NCBI GenBank assembly: GCA_021162935.1
Contig: JAGGXR010000112.1
Location: 997-64,996 of the forward strand
Reading direction: 5' to 3'
DNA length: 64,000 nucleotides
From: Deltaproteobacteria bacterium
GTDB lineage: Bacteria; Myxococcota_A; Polyangia; HGW-17; SLPX01
The notes under the pieces were generated by a model. It was not told the origin of the DNA. It saw nothing but the letters and a program-made list of their open reading frames with translations, and searched no databases. Both the position numbers and the translations under genes were made by a program. Shown in pieces: positions 1 through 9,026 of the stretch; within the stretch, counting starts at the first letter, position 1, and each line of letters begins with the position of its first letter.

Positions 1-284
1 TGCCCGATATGACCTGTCCCCATGGTGTCTCGTTCCACTGGACGATCAGCGCACCGGCACAACTTAAAGAAGGCGGGGTGGACCAACCGCGAATGCGGAT
101 TCTCCTAACCACCGACCGACCGGTCACGGTGTCTTTGACCATCACCGACTGTGCCGGGCGCACAGCGGAGATTGATTCGCAAATCGGCGTGATCCTGCCC
201 TGGCCAGACGGCGGAGCGAGCGACCGAGACGGCGGAGCGAGCGACCGAGACGGCAGAGCAAGCGACCGAGACGGCGGAACCTGA
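1..284 (+). CDS. Partial CDS (C-terminal end) of a hypothetical protein ending in DGGASDR repeats
   Basis: Frame is open from position 3 (CCC GAT ATG...) to TGA at 282-284, so the gene probably starts upstream of the window. Confidence 0.5.
   Translation, partial: PDMTCPHGVSFHWTISAPAQLKEGGVDQPRMRILLTTDRPVTVSLTITDCAGRTAEIDSQIGVILPWPDGGASDRDGGASDRDGRASDRDGGT
207..278 (+). repeat. 21-bp tandem repeat GACGGCGGAGCGAGCGACCGA, about 3.4 copies, in frame (DGGASDR)
   Basis: Copies at 207-227 and 228-248 are identical; 249-269 has 2 mismatches; 270-278 is a partial copy. Confidence 0.9.
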
Positions 285-347
285 CCTTCTGACCATTGGG
301 AAACCTTCACTGACGGCAGAACCCGATCGCCGGCCACAGGAAATCCT

Positions 348-1865
348 TTATGCTCCGTTCAAGGAAACATCCGTGTCGGTCCGAGAGGGTAACAGGGATT
401 CCAGGCCGTACTTCCTGAGCCGATAGTAGAGGGTGGATCGATTCAGCCCCAAGGTCCGAGCCGCAGCAGCAATATTGCCGCCGTTCGATTCGATGGCGCG
501 GATGATCTCCGCCTGTTCCTCATCCTGGAGGCGCTGCGCGAGATTCGTTCCACGACGCCCATTGGTAAGCCCGTGAACGGGACTCCCCTGCGTCATGGTG
601 ACCGGTTGCGGCGTCAGCCGCACCTGCGGCGCACGCAGAGCGGTGCCCGGACCGAATTCGAGACATTCCACCGTGAGCGTGTCGCCCTGGGCTACAATGA
701 GCGCCCGCTCCACCACGTTTTCCAACTCGCGCACGTTCCCAGGCCAGGGATACTCCATCATCTGGCGCATGGCCTCAGACTCCACTGTGCGGATCCGCTT
801 TCCCGTGGGACGGCTGAACTTTTCGAGAAAATGCTCCACCAAAGACGGAATGTCCTCTCTCCGATCCCGCAAGGCGGGAAGCACGATGGGAAAGACGTTG
901 AGCCTGTAGTAAAGATCCTGGCGAAACACGCCCTGTTCCACCAGGGTCTCCAGATCCCGATTCGTCGCGGAGATGACCCGAACGTCCACTTTGATGGTCT
1001 CGTGCCCACCGATGCGTTCGAACTCCCACTCCTGGAGCACGCGCAAGAGCCGAATCTGCACATCCATGGGCAGGTCGCCCACTTCGTCCAGAAACAGGGT
1101 GCCCCCGTCGGCGAGTTCGAATCGACCGAGTCTGCGGCCCACTGCTCCGGTGAACGAGCCCTTTTCGTGTCCGAAAAGTTCGCTCTCGAGCACGCCCGGA
1201 GCCAAGGCGGCGCAGTTGACCTTTACGAAGGCGTTGTCGTGCCGTGGACTGTTGATGTGGATGGCATGGGCCACGAGTTCCTTACCCGTACCCGTCTCAC
1301 CCCGAAGGAGCACCGACGAACTCGTGGGCGCCACCTGCTCCACGCGCGTGAGCACATCCTGAAACGTAGGCGCGTCGCCCACCATGCGCCCAAAGCTGAA
1401 CGCCCCGTGCGCCTCCATTTCCAAATAGTCCTTGTAGTCGCGAAGCCGCGCCTGGAGCCGCTCGTTCTCGAGTCTGAGATGAAAATGCTCGATGGCCTGG
1501 GCAATGGCGGCCTGCATCTCGCGAGAATCCCATGGCTTAGAAAGATAGCGGTGCACATGGCCCATGTGGAGCGCTTCGATGACCACGTCCACATCCTTGT
1601 AGGCGGTCAGCAACAGGCCCAAGGCCTGGGGCCGCACCCTGCGTGCCTGCGCCAGAAACTCCAGGCCTGTCATGCCCGGCATGCGCTGGTCGGTCACGAT
1701 CACCGCGAACTCTCGCTTCGAAAGTTCTTCGAGGGCCTCGGCCCCGGACCGAGCCGTGTGCAGCGCAAAGACCCGTCGGAAGTTGAATCGAAAGGCGTCC
1801 AGGTTGTCCTGCTCGTCGTCGACCACGAGGACCGGATAGTCCTTGTACTGCAATTCGTCCGCCAC
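348..1865 (-). CDS. NtrC-family sigma54-dependent response regulator (REC-AAA+-Fis HTH)
   Basis: VLVVDDE and TDQRMP receiver motifs with KPW; Walker A GETGTGKE; ESELFGHEKGSFTGA; Walker B LFLDEVGD; WPGNVRELEN; C-terminal HTH AAARTLGLNRSTLYYRL. GTG start. Confidence 0.95.
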   Translation of the reverse strand: MADELQYKDYPVLVVDDEQDNLDAFRFNFRRVFALHTARSGAEALEELSKREFAVIVTDQRMPGMTGLEFLAQARRVRPQALGLLLTAYKDVDVVIEALHMGHVHRYLSKPWDSREMQAAIAQAIEHFHLRLENERLQARLRDYKDYLEMEAHGAFSFGRMVGDAPTFQDVLTRVEQVAPTSSSVLLRGETGTGKELVAHAIHINSPRHDNAFVKVNCAALAPGVLESELFGHEKGSFTGAVGRRLGRFELADGGTLFLDEVGDLPMDVQIRLLRVLQEWEFERIGGHETIKVDVRVISATNRDLETLVEQGVFRQDLYYRLNVFPIVLPALRDRREDIPSLVEHFLEKFSRPTGKRIRTVESEAMRQMMEYPWPGNVRELENVVERALIVAQGDTLTVECLEFGPGTALRAPQVRLTPQPVTMTQGSPVHGLTNGRRGTNLAQRLQDEEQAEIIRAIESNGGNIAAAARTLGLNRSTLYYRLRKYGLESLLPSRTDTDVSLNGA

Positions 1866-1992
1866 CTATTTGACCTCCAACGGCATCCGTGGCACCGCGT
1901 CATCCGATTGTCCGTTTCGCCCAGGATACCAAACTGCTGACGCGTTTTCCAGCGTCCCGTGCGACCCAACCTATGCTACTGTGGCTCTCGCC

Positions 1993-3927
1993 ATGACGGA
2001 CGAACCAAGCACAAAGCGCGGCGACAAAGCCTGGCCCACATTCCTGGCTGGAGCGGCCGTACTCCTGATCGTGGCGGTCACGGCCGCGGTCCTGGCGGCG
2101 CCGGACATCACCTGGCTGGACAGCTCCGAATTGGCGGCCTCGGCATTCACCCTGGGCATCGCCCATCCGCCAGGCCACCCCTTGCCGGCCCTCGTGGGAC
2201 ACCTAGTGGGATTCTTGCCTTTGGGGACCTGGGCCTTCCGTTGCAACCTAGCCTCGAGCCTGGCCCTGGGCCTTGCCGCCTTGTTCGTAATGCTCGCTGC
2301 CAAACGGGTTGCGAAAAAGGCGATCACGACATGGTCCCCTCACCTCGGCATTGCCGCTGGGACGAGCGCGCAACGGCCCATGAACTGGATCCCTCTGGCC
2401 GTTGGAAGCCTCGTGGCCCTCACCGTGACCCTTGCCTGGTCCGCCCTGCTCCAGGGAATCAGAACCGAGGTCTATGCCCTCCAGATGGCGACGGCATCGG
2501 CAGCGGTGGCGTTCCTGCTGGCTGGAATCGACTCCTCGGATGTGCGACCTATCTACGCGTCGGGGCTGGCCCTCGGCCTGGCCCTTTCGAACCACCACCT
2601 CCTTGGTCTGGCGGTGGCCCTGCCCTGCGCGGTTGCCGTTGTCTGGTGGGCCTGGACGAAACCACCAGGATCCGGCGAAGCCGCCCCTCCTGCGACGACC
2701 GATCCCTGGCGACGCCTCAGGCCCTGGCTTATCTGGACAGGACTCGTGGGCCTCGGTCTCTCGATGTGGGCATACCTGCCCATCCGAGCTGCCCGATTCC
2801 CATTGGTGGACTGGGGCCACCCGACCACCTTGTCGCGATTCCTGTGGACCGTGACCGCCAGACTGTTCGCCCGAACCGCTGAGCATGCGGCCCACCAGTC
2901 GTTCCTCATGCCCATCGCCGCCATCGTTTTGGACCTGGGACGAGACCTGGGTTGGTTCGTGGCGGCGGGCAGCCTGCTCGGCCTCTGGCTCGGACTGCGA
3001 AAACGCGCTTCAGCCAGCTGGACTACCCTATTGGCGGCCATTGCCGCACTGACCACAACCGGGGCGATCTTCGCTGCCTTCGACCCAACAAACCCGGATT
3101 CTCACGGCTACGTCATGATGATGCTCGCCATGGTCGGGCTGCTCTTTGCCGTGGCGGCCGGACCGGCGTTGGCCTGGATCGCACAGCGAAGACCGAAGCT
3201 CGCCGTGGTGGTGGCCGCAGCCGCCGCGCTCATTCTGACCGGCCGGCAGTTGGCTCGCGCCCCGGACATGCGTCATGCGCTCGGCGCCTCGGCCGCAGCC
3301 TCGGCCCTCTGCGAAATGCTGCCGCCAGGAACGCTCTTCCTGTCCGGGTACCACGAAACCCAGTTTCTGATGTGGGAAGTCCAGTCTGCTGAAGGTGCAC
3401 GGCCCGACGTCTGTGCCATCTACCGCCACGACCTGACCTTGCCAGGTGCCTGGACGGCTGCGGTTCATGGCTGCCCCGACTTGGCACAGGCGGCTCCCGG
3501 GACAGCACCTGACGCGATGCGCCGCATCAGACGACTCTCTGCCCAAGGCCTCATGGCGTTGGCCAGCCGCAGATTCGTGGCCGTCGAACCGGACAGTCAT
3601 CGGGACGACCCTTTTCCTGTGGTTCTGGGAAACCTCCTCCATCCAGCAGGGCCCATCGCGTTCCTGGCACCGCAGGGACGTGGCGTTTCGTGGAATTCCA
3701 CCCACCTTTGGGCTCAATTCGAGGCTCGGATCGCCCCATGGCAACGAGAAGAAGGCACCAAGCGGTATCTGCTTTGGCGTCGGTATCAGGATGCAGTCCT
3801 GCTGGCGCGCCAGCGCCGATGTCAGGCCGCATGGCCGAGCTTCCGGCGCGCCTGGAGCCTCAGCCCGAAAGACCCCCTCCTCGTTCGGTTCGCCAAGGCC
3901 TGTTTCCCGCATAGGCGCCTGCCGTGA
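1993..3927 (+). CDS. DUF2723 / TMEM260-like multi-pass membrane glycosyltransferase with a C-terminal TPR-like helix pair
   Basis: Signature WLDSSELAASAFTLGIAHPPGHPL; NHH motif; YLPIRA...DWGHP; many TM helices. Start re-picked at ATG 1993. Confidence 0.85.
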   Translation: MTDEPSTKRGDKAWPTFLAGAAVLLIVAVTAAVLAAPDITWLDSSELAASAFTLGIAHPPGHPLPALVGHLVGFLPLGTWAFRCNLASSLALGLAALFVMLAAKRVAKKAITTWSPHLGIAAGTSAQRPMNWIPLAVGSLVALTVTLAWSALLQGIRTEVYALQMATASAAVAFLLAGIDSSDVRPIYASGLALGLALSNHHLLGLAVALPCAVAVVWWAWTKPPGSGEAAPPATTDPWRRLRPWLIWTGLVGLGLSMWAYLPIRAARFPLVDWGHPTTLSRFLWTVTARLFARTAEHAAHQSFLMPIAAIVLDLGRDLGWFVAAGSLLGLWLGLRKRASASWTTLLAAIAALTTTGAIFAAFDPTNPDSHGYVMMMLAMVGLLFAVAAGPALAWIAQRRPKLAVVVAAAAALILTGRQLARAPDMRHALGASAAASALCEMLPPGTLFLSGYHETQFLMWEVQSAEGARPDVCAIYRHDLTLPGAWTAAVHGCPDLAQAAPGTAPDAMRRIRRLSAQGLMALASRRFVAVEPDSHRDDPFPVVLGNLLHPAGPIAFLAPQGRGVSWNSTHLWAQFEARIAPWQREEGTKRYLLWRRYQDAVLLARQRRCQAAWPSFRRAWSLSPKDPLLVRFAKACFPHRRLP

Positions 3928-3989
3928 CGGGACGCCCATCTCCTGGACGGAACGACTCCCGCTGAAACGAAGACATCGCTACAGGTGGG

Positions 3990-4020
3990 CCCTTGATTGC
4001 CGCGCCATCACCCTTATATT
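3990..4020 (+). promoter_or_regulatory. Candidate heat-shock (sigma32-like) or sigma70 promoter upstream of grpE
   Basis: CCCTTGA (3990-3996), N14, CCCTTATAT (4011-4019) resembles the CCCTTGAA...CCCCATNT consensus. It can also be read as TTGATT-N16-TATATT. Confidence 0.4.
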
Positions 4021-4080
4021 GCCTGATACGGAACGCACCACGTGCTCACATCGAATGCATTACGTACGGAGGTTGGACGA

Positions 4081-4839
4081 ATGGAGAAGGAACCGACAGC
4101 ACACTCAAAGGACCCGACGGCCCAACAGAACCGCAACGAATCGAGCCAAGACGAAACGCGCCCAGGCGGCCGGGCGACGGAAGCCAAAAAACGCCAGAAT
4201 GGCACCGAAGCCAACGAGCCAAGTCCGGCCGACGAGAAACAACGGGAGCCGTCATCGGCAACGGACCAGGCCCGAGGTTTCAAGTTCCGGGACCGCCGCG
4301 TCCGGGTGGATTCGGACAAAGAGAGCGACGAAGAAGAAATCGCCGAACGAAAACCAACCTACGTCGAACAACTCGAACAGCGAGCGAACAAGGCGGAAGA
4401 ACAGCTCGCCGAATACATCAAGGCCTACAAAGAAAAGGTCGAGGTGGAGTGGCAGGCCTACAAAGAACGCCTCGAACGAGAATCCCACCGTCAACTCGAA
4501 CAGGACCGAAAGAGCACTGTGGCCCACCTGATCGAGGTCCTGGACAATCTGGAATTGAGCCTGACATCAGCCCAAACCTCCGGGTCAGCCGATGCCCTCG
4601 TCGAGGGAGTCCGCCTCGTCTATGGCCAATTTCTGGCCGAATTGCAGGCCCTGGGCTTGGAACTCATCAATGCCGAGAACCAAACTTTCGACCCGGCGCT
4701 CCACGAAGCCGTGTCCATAGAACCCACCGACGATGCGAATCTGGACGGCAAAGTGGTGGAAGTGTACAAACGCGGCTATACTTTTTCTGGAACATTGCTG
4801 CGACCGGCCATGGTGCGGGTCGCTCGCAAACAATCATAA
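4081..4839 (+). CDS. grpE: Nucleotide exchange factor GrpE with a long charged N-terminal extension
   Basis: Coiled-coil region, then LIEVLDNLE, FDPALHEAV and GY...LLRPAMVRV motifs. Confidence 0.92.
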   Translation: MEKEPTAHSKDPTAQQNRNESSQDETRPGGRATEAKKRQNGTEANEPSPADEKQREPSSATDQARGFKFRDRRVRVDSDKESDEEEIAERKPTYVEQLEQRANKAEEQLAEYIKAYKEKVEVEWQAYKERLERESHRQLEQDRKSTVAHLIEVLDNLELSLTSAQTSGSADALVEGVRLVYGQFLAELQALGLELINAENQTFDPALHEAVSIEPTDDANLDGKVVEVYKRGYTFSGTLLRPAMVRVARKQS

Positions 4840-4964
4840 GGATCGCCGTCGCCAGGACCGTCGTACGCGAAACCTCCGGAAACGACCACCGGACGAACAC
4901 CTTCTCGTGACCGACAAAAGGTCTTCCAACCGTGATCCCAAGCACCACGACCCGGAGGACATCC

Positions 4965-6815
4965 ATGAACCACCACCCTCCTAAAACCGTCCTTTTTGCC
5001 CTGGTCGCTCTCGGTTTCCTGGCCACGGCCCCACCGCGCCCCGCTGCTGCATCGCCGGCCGGGACACGCGACGCCCGATCTTACGGTACGCTCCCCCCTG
5101 GTTGCGACCACCTTGGTCAGCCTGGCTGTGACTACTTCTACCCCCACTCTTTCAAAGACAACCGAACCGGAGGTCGCCCAATCCTGTTCCTTCTTTTCGA
5201 TGGAGCCCACCTCACATCCGGGGACGACAACCCGGTCAAGGGTACGAGCGCAGTGGTGGGCTTGCAGGGCTACGACCAGGTGGACATTCCCGCCTTCGAT
5301 CCGGACCCGCAGCGGTACCAGCTCCCCGAACGCATCACGAGCCGACGGGACGCCATTGCGGCCATCGCAGGCTTCGTGGCGTACTACTACGCACCTTTCG
5401 ACATCCTGGTGGTCACCGAGCGTCCCCCAGACACAGTCCCATACACCATGGCGGTCATTGGAGGCTCGGTGGACGTCCTCGGTTTCCAACAGGGCGTCCT
5501 GGGCATCTCTCCCATGGATTGCGGCGACAGCGACCCCAGGACCATCCCCCTGATCTTTTCCGAGGAGATCCACACCCTCAAAGGGCTCGCGCTCGTCATC
5601 GTACACGAGGCGGGCCACTCCTTCGGCCTGGCCCACGTCGACGACGAAAACGGCATCATGTATCCGGCCCAAGCAACCCTCGATGCCTACTGGAGTTCCG
5701 GAAACGTCCCAGACGGTCAGGCCTGTGACGGCAGCACCCACCAAGACTCCTTGCAGGTCCTGTCCGACAACCTCAGCCCTCGTCCGGCTGTCGCAGACCC
5801 CAAGGTGGAATTCGTATGGCCAAGGGACGGCGCGATTCTGGACCATCTCGACCTCGCCGTGCTCCAGGGCTCCGACGACGTGGTGGTCTGGTCCGTCAAC
5901 CTCTCCATGGATGGACAGCCTGTCGCGACCCTCGCATGGCCGGAACTCTACTGCCACCTGGCGAACGTCCCTGCCGGCGACCACGTACTCCAGGCCATTG
6001 CCAGCGACCCACAGGATCCGAATGGCCAGGCAAGGACCAGCACCACGACCATCTCGATCACGGTGCTGCCAGCCTGCGGCCAGGACTGCACGAACGGCCT
6101 CGCGGCGATCAGCCAGCCCTGCAACCGAAACAGTGACTGCCAGTCCAATCTCTGCGTCGAGGATCCCAGCACCAAAGAACGCTTCTGTTCCCGCACCTGC
6201 GCCGAGCTCGACCCCTGTCCCGTGGCCCTTGCAACCGGAGACCAACAGGTCGTCCAGTCCCACTGCATCTGTGATCCCCTCGACCCGTCCTGCTGCATGG
6301 CCGAACAGGAAGACTGCGGAGATGGTCGAGACAATGACTGCGACGGCAGGATCGACTGTGCCGACGATGACTGTACGGGTTCGACCCTCTGCACCGGCAT
6401 GGAGAACTGCGACACATCCATCGACGACGACTTCGACGGACTGACCAACTGCGATGATCCCGACTGCCGCCAGACCGAAACGTGCGGCTGTGTGGCCGAA
6501 CCCGAACATTGTGACGACCACGAGGATAATGACTGCGACGGCCTCATCGACTGCGCCGACCCGGATTGTGGCGCCGACTGCCAGACGACCAGGGCCCAGA
6601 CCTACTGCGCCATTGGAACGCGAGTCCGACCGTTGGGGTCCTCGGGACATGGCACCCAATCGGCCGATGGCTACCAACTCGACGGCTGCAGCGTCTTCGG
6701 CCCGACGGGCAGAAGTGCCCCCATGATCCTCCTCGTTTCATTGTTGCTTGGATGGATGCTCATGCGCCGCCGGCGCCACGGCGACCGGGAAACGACATCG
6801 ACAAAAAACTATTAG
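4965..6815 (+). CDS. Secreted metzincin (matrixin-like) metalloprotease with Ig-like domain, Cys-rich DNDCDG repeats and MYXO-CTERM-like sorting signal
   Basis: Signal peptide; HEAGHSFGLAH with Met-turn IMYP; Big-like domain (VPAGDHVLQAIASD); repeats DGRDNDCDGRIDCADDDC and DHEDNDCDGLIDCADPDC; C-terminal GCS...TM...RRRR. Confidence 0.85.
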   Translation: MNHHPPKTVLFALVALGFLATAPPRPAAASPAGTRDARSYGTLPPGCDHLGQPGCDYFYPHSFKDNRTGGRPILFLLFDGAHLTSGDDNPVKGTSAVVGLQGYDQVDIPAFDPDPQRYQLPERITSRRDAIAAIAGFVAYYYAPFDILVVTERPPDTVPYTMAVIGGSVDVLGFQQGVLGISPMDCGDSDPRTIPLIFSEEIHTLKGLALVIVHEAGHSFGLAHVDDENGIMYPAQATLDAYWSSGNVPDGQACDGSTHQDSLQVLSDNLSPRPAVADPKVEFVWPRDGAILDHLDLAVLQGSDDVVVWSVNLSMDGQPVATLAWPELYCHLANVPAGDHVLQAIASDPQDPNGQARTSTTTISITVLPACGQDCTNGLAAISQPCNRNSDCQSNLCVEDPSTKERFCSRTCAELDPCPVALATGDQQVVQSHCICDPLDPSCCMAEQEDCGDGRDNDCDGRIDCADDDCTGSTLCTGMENCDTSIDDDFDGLTNCDDPDCRQTETCGCVAEPEHCDDHEDNDCDGLIDCADPDCGADCQTTRAQTYCAIGTRVRPLGSSGHGTQSADGYQLDGCSVFGPTGRSAPMILLVSLLLGWMLMRRRRHGDRETTSTKNY

Positions 6816-6962
6816 CTGTTGGCGGTTAGCTCAGAGTCCGGATGGAAGACACGGTGGTGCCCGCTCTTGCTAAAAGCTAACGGCCGGGGATCTTCAGGCT
6901 AACACCTAAAAGCGAACAGCTTTGATACCATCTTGCGCAGGTTTGGATTCATAAGGGACGAA

Positions 6963-7865
6963 TCACATCGGGTAGGCGATTCGGACATGCCAGGTATGCA
7001 TGTCCTCCAACTCGTCCTCGTTCAGGCACACGTGCCGGGTCAGTTGGCCCGTGTGTCGAAATCCAGCACTCGCGAACACCTCTCCCAAAAGATCATTTTC
7101 AACCGACGTGAAGGCGAAAATACTGCCCACGTCATGCTCCTCCAATCGATCGAAGAGTTCCTTGAGAGCAAAGACGCAGACATAGACCTCTCGGCGGGTC
7201 GTCGGCGTGCTGAGCAGGTCCACCTTTGCATGGCCGAACGAATCATTGATCTCGCCAGCGACCCAAAACTTCTTCCTGTCCAATGCAGCGCTCACCAAGA
7301 CATCGGGGCCCTGGATCCCTTTGCCAAAGGGCGTGTAGAATTCCGTGGTGTCCTTTGCGTGAAGCACTTTTTGGATCCGATCGGGGTCGATCACCACCTT
7401 CAACTTCAACCCACTGGGCTTTCTGGGTTTCTTGGCTTCGGGAATGTCATGGGCCACGGCAACCTTGGAAAGGCCGCCCGTAAGCGGCTGCCCTTCTTCA
7501 TCGTATACCCGACTCATGACATAGGCATCGGCGGTCCTAAAGTAACCCGGCACCACCGCTTCCCGCGAAAAGCCCACCGTGCGCCAACTGTTCGAATCCT
7601 GCTTCTCGACGAGAGTGTAGATCTTGCGCAGCCCCTGCTCCTTGGCAAGATAATCCAGGGCGTTCCGCTTGAGTTGATAGTTGCCGATCCGATAGTCGAG
7701 CACACGCAGACTCTTGTGCCTCCGATTCACCAGGAGATAGAAGTTCACATCCCCACGCTTGCAGCTCAGTTCTTCGAGCGCCAACGGATTCTGACGGGTG
7801 ACCTCTCGATTGACCGGACGTACGAAACTCAAAAGCGTCAGTTCTGCCTTCTCTGTGTCGGCCAT
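6963..7865 (-). CDS. Divergent beta-lysine N-acetyltransferase (AblB/YodP)-like tandem GNAT-fold protein
   Basis: Segments match YodP/AblB as recalled: LRVLDY, EAVVPGYFRTADAYVMSR, GEINDSFGHAKV (cf. AEINPELGHAEI), AGFRHTGQL...LEDMHTW (cf. GYQYGGRL...LENMNIW). Confidence 0.7.
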   Translation of the reverse strand: MADTEKAELTLLSFVRPVNREVTRQNPLALEELSCKRGDVNFYLLVNRRHKSLRVLDYRIGNYQLKRNALDYLAKEQGLRKIYTLVEKQDSNSWRTVGFSREAVVPGYFRTADAYVMSRVYDEEGQPLTGGLSKVAVAHDIPEAKKPRKPSGLKLKVVIDPDRIQKVLHAKDTTEFYTPFGKGIQGPDVLVSAALDRKKFWVAGEINDSFGHAKVDLLSTPTTRREVYVCVFALKELFDRLEEHDVGSIFAFTSVENDLLGEVFASAGFRHTGQLTRHVCLNEDELEDMHTWHVRIAYPM

Positions 7866-7941
7866 GGTGACCTCTCTCTCTACACATCGTTTTCCACGCT
7901 GTTTTGCGCGTAGTTTTTATTTTGAAAAATCGCGTGGTTGG

Positions 7942-7969
7942 ACTATATTTGCGACGATTTTTTTGTCAA
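7942..7969 (-). promoter_or_regulatory. Near-consensus sigma70 promoter for the AblB-like gene
   Basis: Minus strand TTGACA (7969-7964), 16-nt spacer, TATAGT (7947-7942), in an AT-rich intergenic region about 77 nt upstream of the ATG. Confidence 0.7.
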
Positions 7970-7993
7970 CCATACCAGGCTAATCAGAGGATC

Positions 7994-8929
7994 ATGAATC
8001 ACTTCACTCGAACCATTTTTCTCTTGGGTGTCCCTTTGTTGGCGTCCGGCCTCGGTGTGGCAGCACCGGCCCAGGCCGCCCACACACATCGTACCGTCCA
8101 CATTCAGTGGAAATGGGATGGAGTTCCCGTCCCCGCAAGGCAACGATTCGTCAAGGCCGCGCACCGAGCCTTGTCCAAAACGTCTCTATCGGCCGTGCCT
8201 TGCAGGCGTCGCTGCCGAGGCCCCCACTGGTCCGTCACCGTCGAGGCCATCGGCAACACCTATGTGTTCCACCTGTCCAACGGACGGCCGCACAACGCCA
8301 AGCTCCGCCGCACCTGCGAGGTCTGCACCCTAAAGGAAGCCAGTCACCGTCTCGCCAAGGCACTTGTCAACCTCGCGCATCCAGCCACTAAACAGGTCCA
8401 ACCCACAGGAAAAACCGGACCAACGGCGCACCATACGGCAGCAGTCGGGCCCGCCGCACCCACGAACCGAACCGGCACGGCAATCGCCGACCATCATCCG
8501 ACCGCATTGCCAACCGAAAAAGGCACCGCGGCCCGCCCTGCTGACCGAGGAAACACGCCGATCACCAACCGGTCTTCCCGGCGCGCCCAGCGCAACAAAG
8601 CCCGTTGGTTCAAAATCTCGGGCTTCATCGCCGGCGGTCTGTCCCTGGCGCTCATTGCCACAGGCGCTGCCCTCGTCGCCATTGACGGCAAGGGAACCTG
8701 TTCCGGATCCAAAGAATGCCCAAACGTCTACAACACCAAGACCGGTGGCATTGTGGCGCTGGCCGTGGGCGGAGGCCTACTCGCCTCAGCCGTGACCCTG
8801 TACATCATCGGGGCCCTACGCACGCGCCACATCAACCGGAAGGCCACCCTCACCAGGCGCCCATCATGGATGCTCGCCGTCTCCCCTCTGCCAGGAGGCG
8901 GAAACATCGCCCTGACCGGCTCGTTCTGA
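7994..8929 (+). CDS. Hypothetical exported, basic protein with a CEVC motif and C-terminal hydrophobic segments
   Basis: Signal peptide ending AQA; RTCEVCTLKE; Pro/Thr linker; Gly-rich hydrophobic C-terminal segments. Confidence 0.7.
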   Translation: MNHFTRTIFLLGVPLLASGLGVAAPAQAAHTHRTVHIQWKWDGVPVPARQRFVKAAHRALSKTSLSAVPCRRRCRGPHWSVTVEAIGNTYVFHLSNGRPHNAKLRRTCEVCTLKEASHRLAKALVNLAHPATKQVQPTGKTGPTAHHTAAVGPAAPTNRTGTAIADHHPTALPTEKGTAARPADRGNTPITNRSSRRAQRNKARWFKISGFIAGGLSLALIATGAALVAIDGKGTCSGSKECPNVYNTKTGGIVALAVGGGLLASAVTLYIIGALRTRHINRKATLTRRPSWMLAVSPLPGGGNIALTGSF

Positions 8930-9026
8930 GCCACATCGACGAGGGCCTCGCCGCTTTGTCCATCAGGCACCGCAGGCACCCGCTGCGACACCCTGCCAGC
9001 CCCCCTTTGACCTCTCCGTAAGAATC

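Noticed and set aside
348-1865. The sigma54 response regulator as the missing PilR
   Set aside because: Its receiver (TDQRMP...RYLSKPWD) is not PilR-like and it is 32 kb from pilS. Its GSFTGA is a known natural variant of GAFTGA, so it is not a pseudo-activator either.
5948-6570. Repeats in the Cys-rich region as a CRISPR-like or DNA repeat array
   Set aside because: They are degenerate in-frame protein repeats with no constant repeat-spacer structure and no cas genes.
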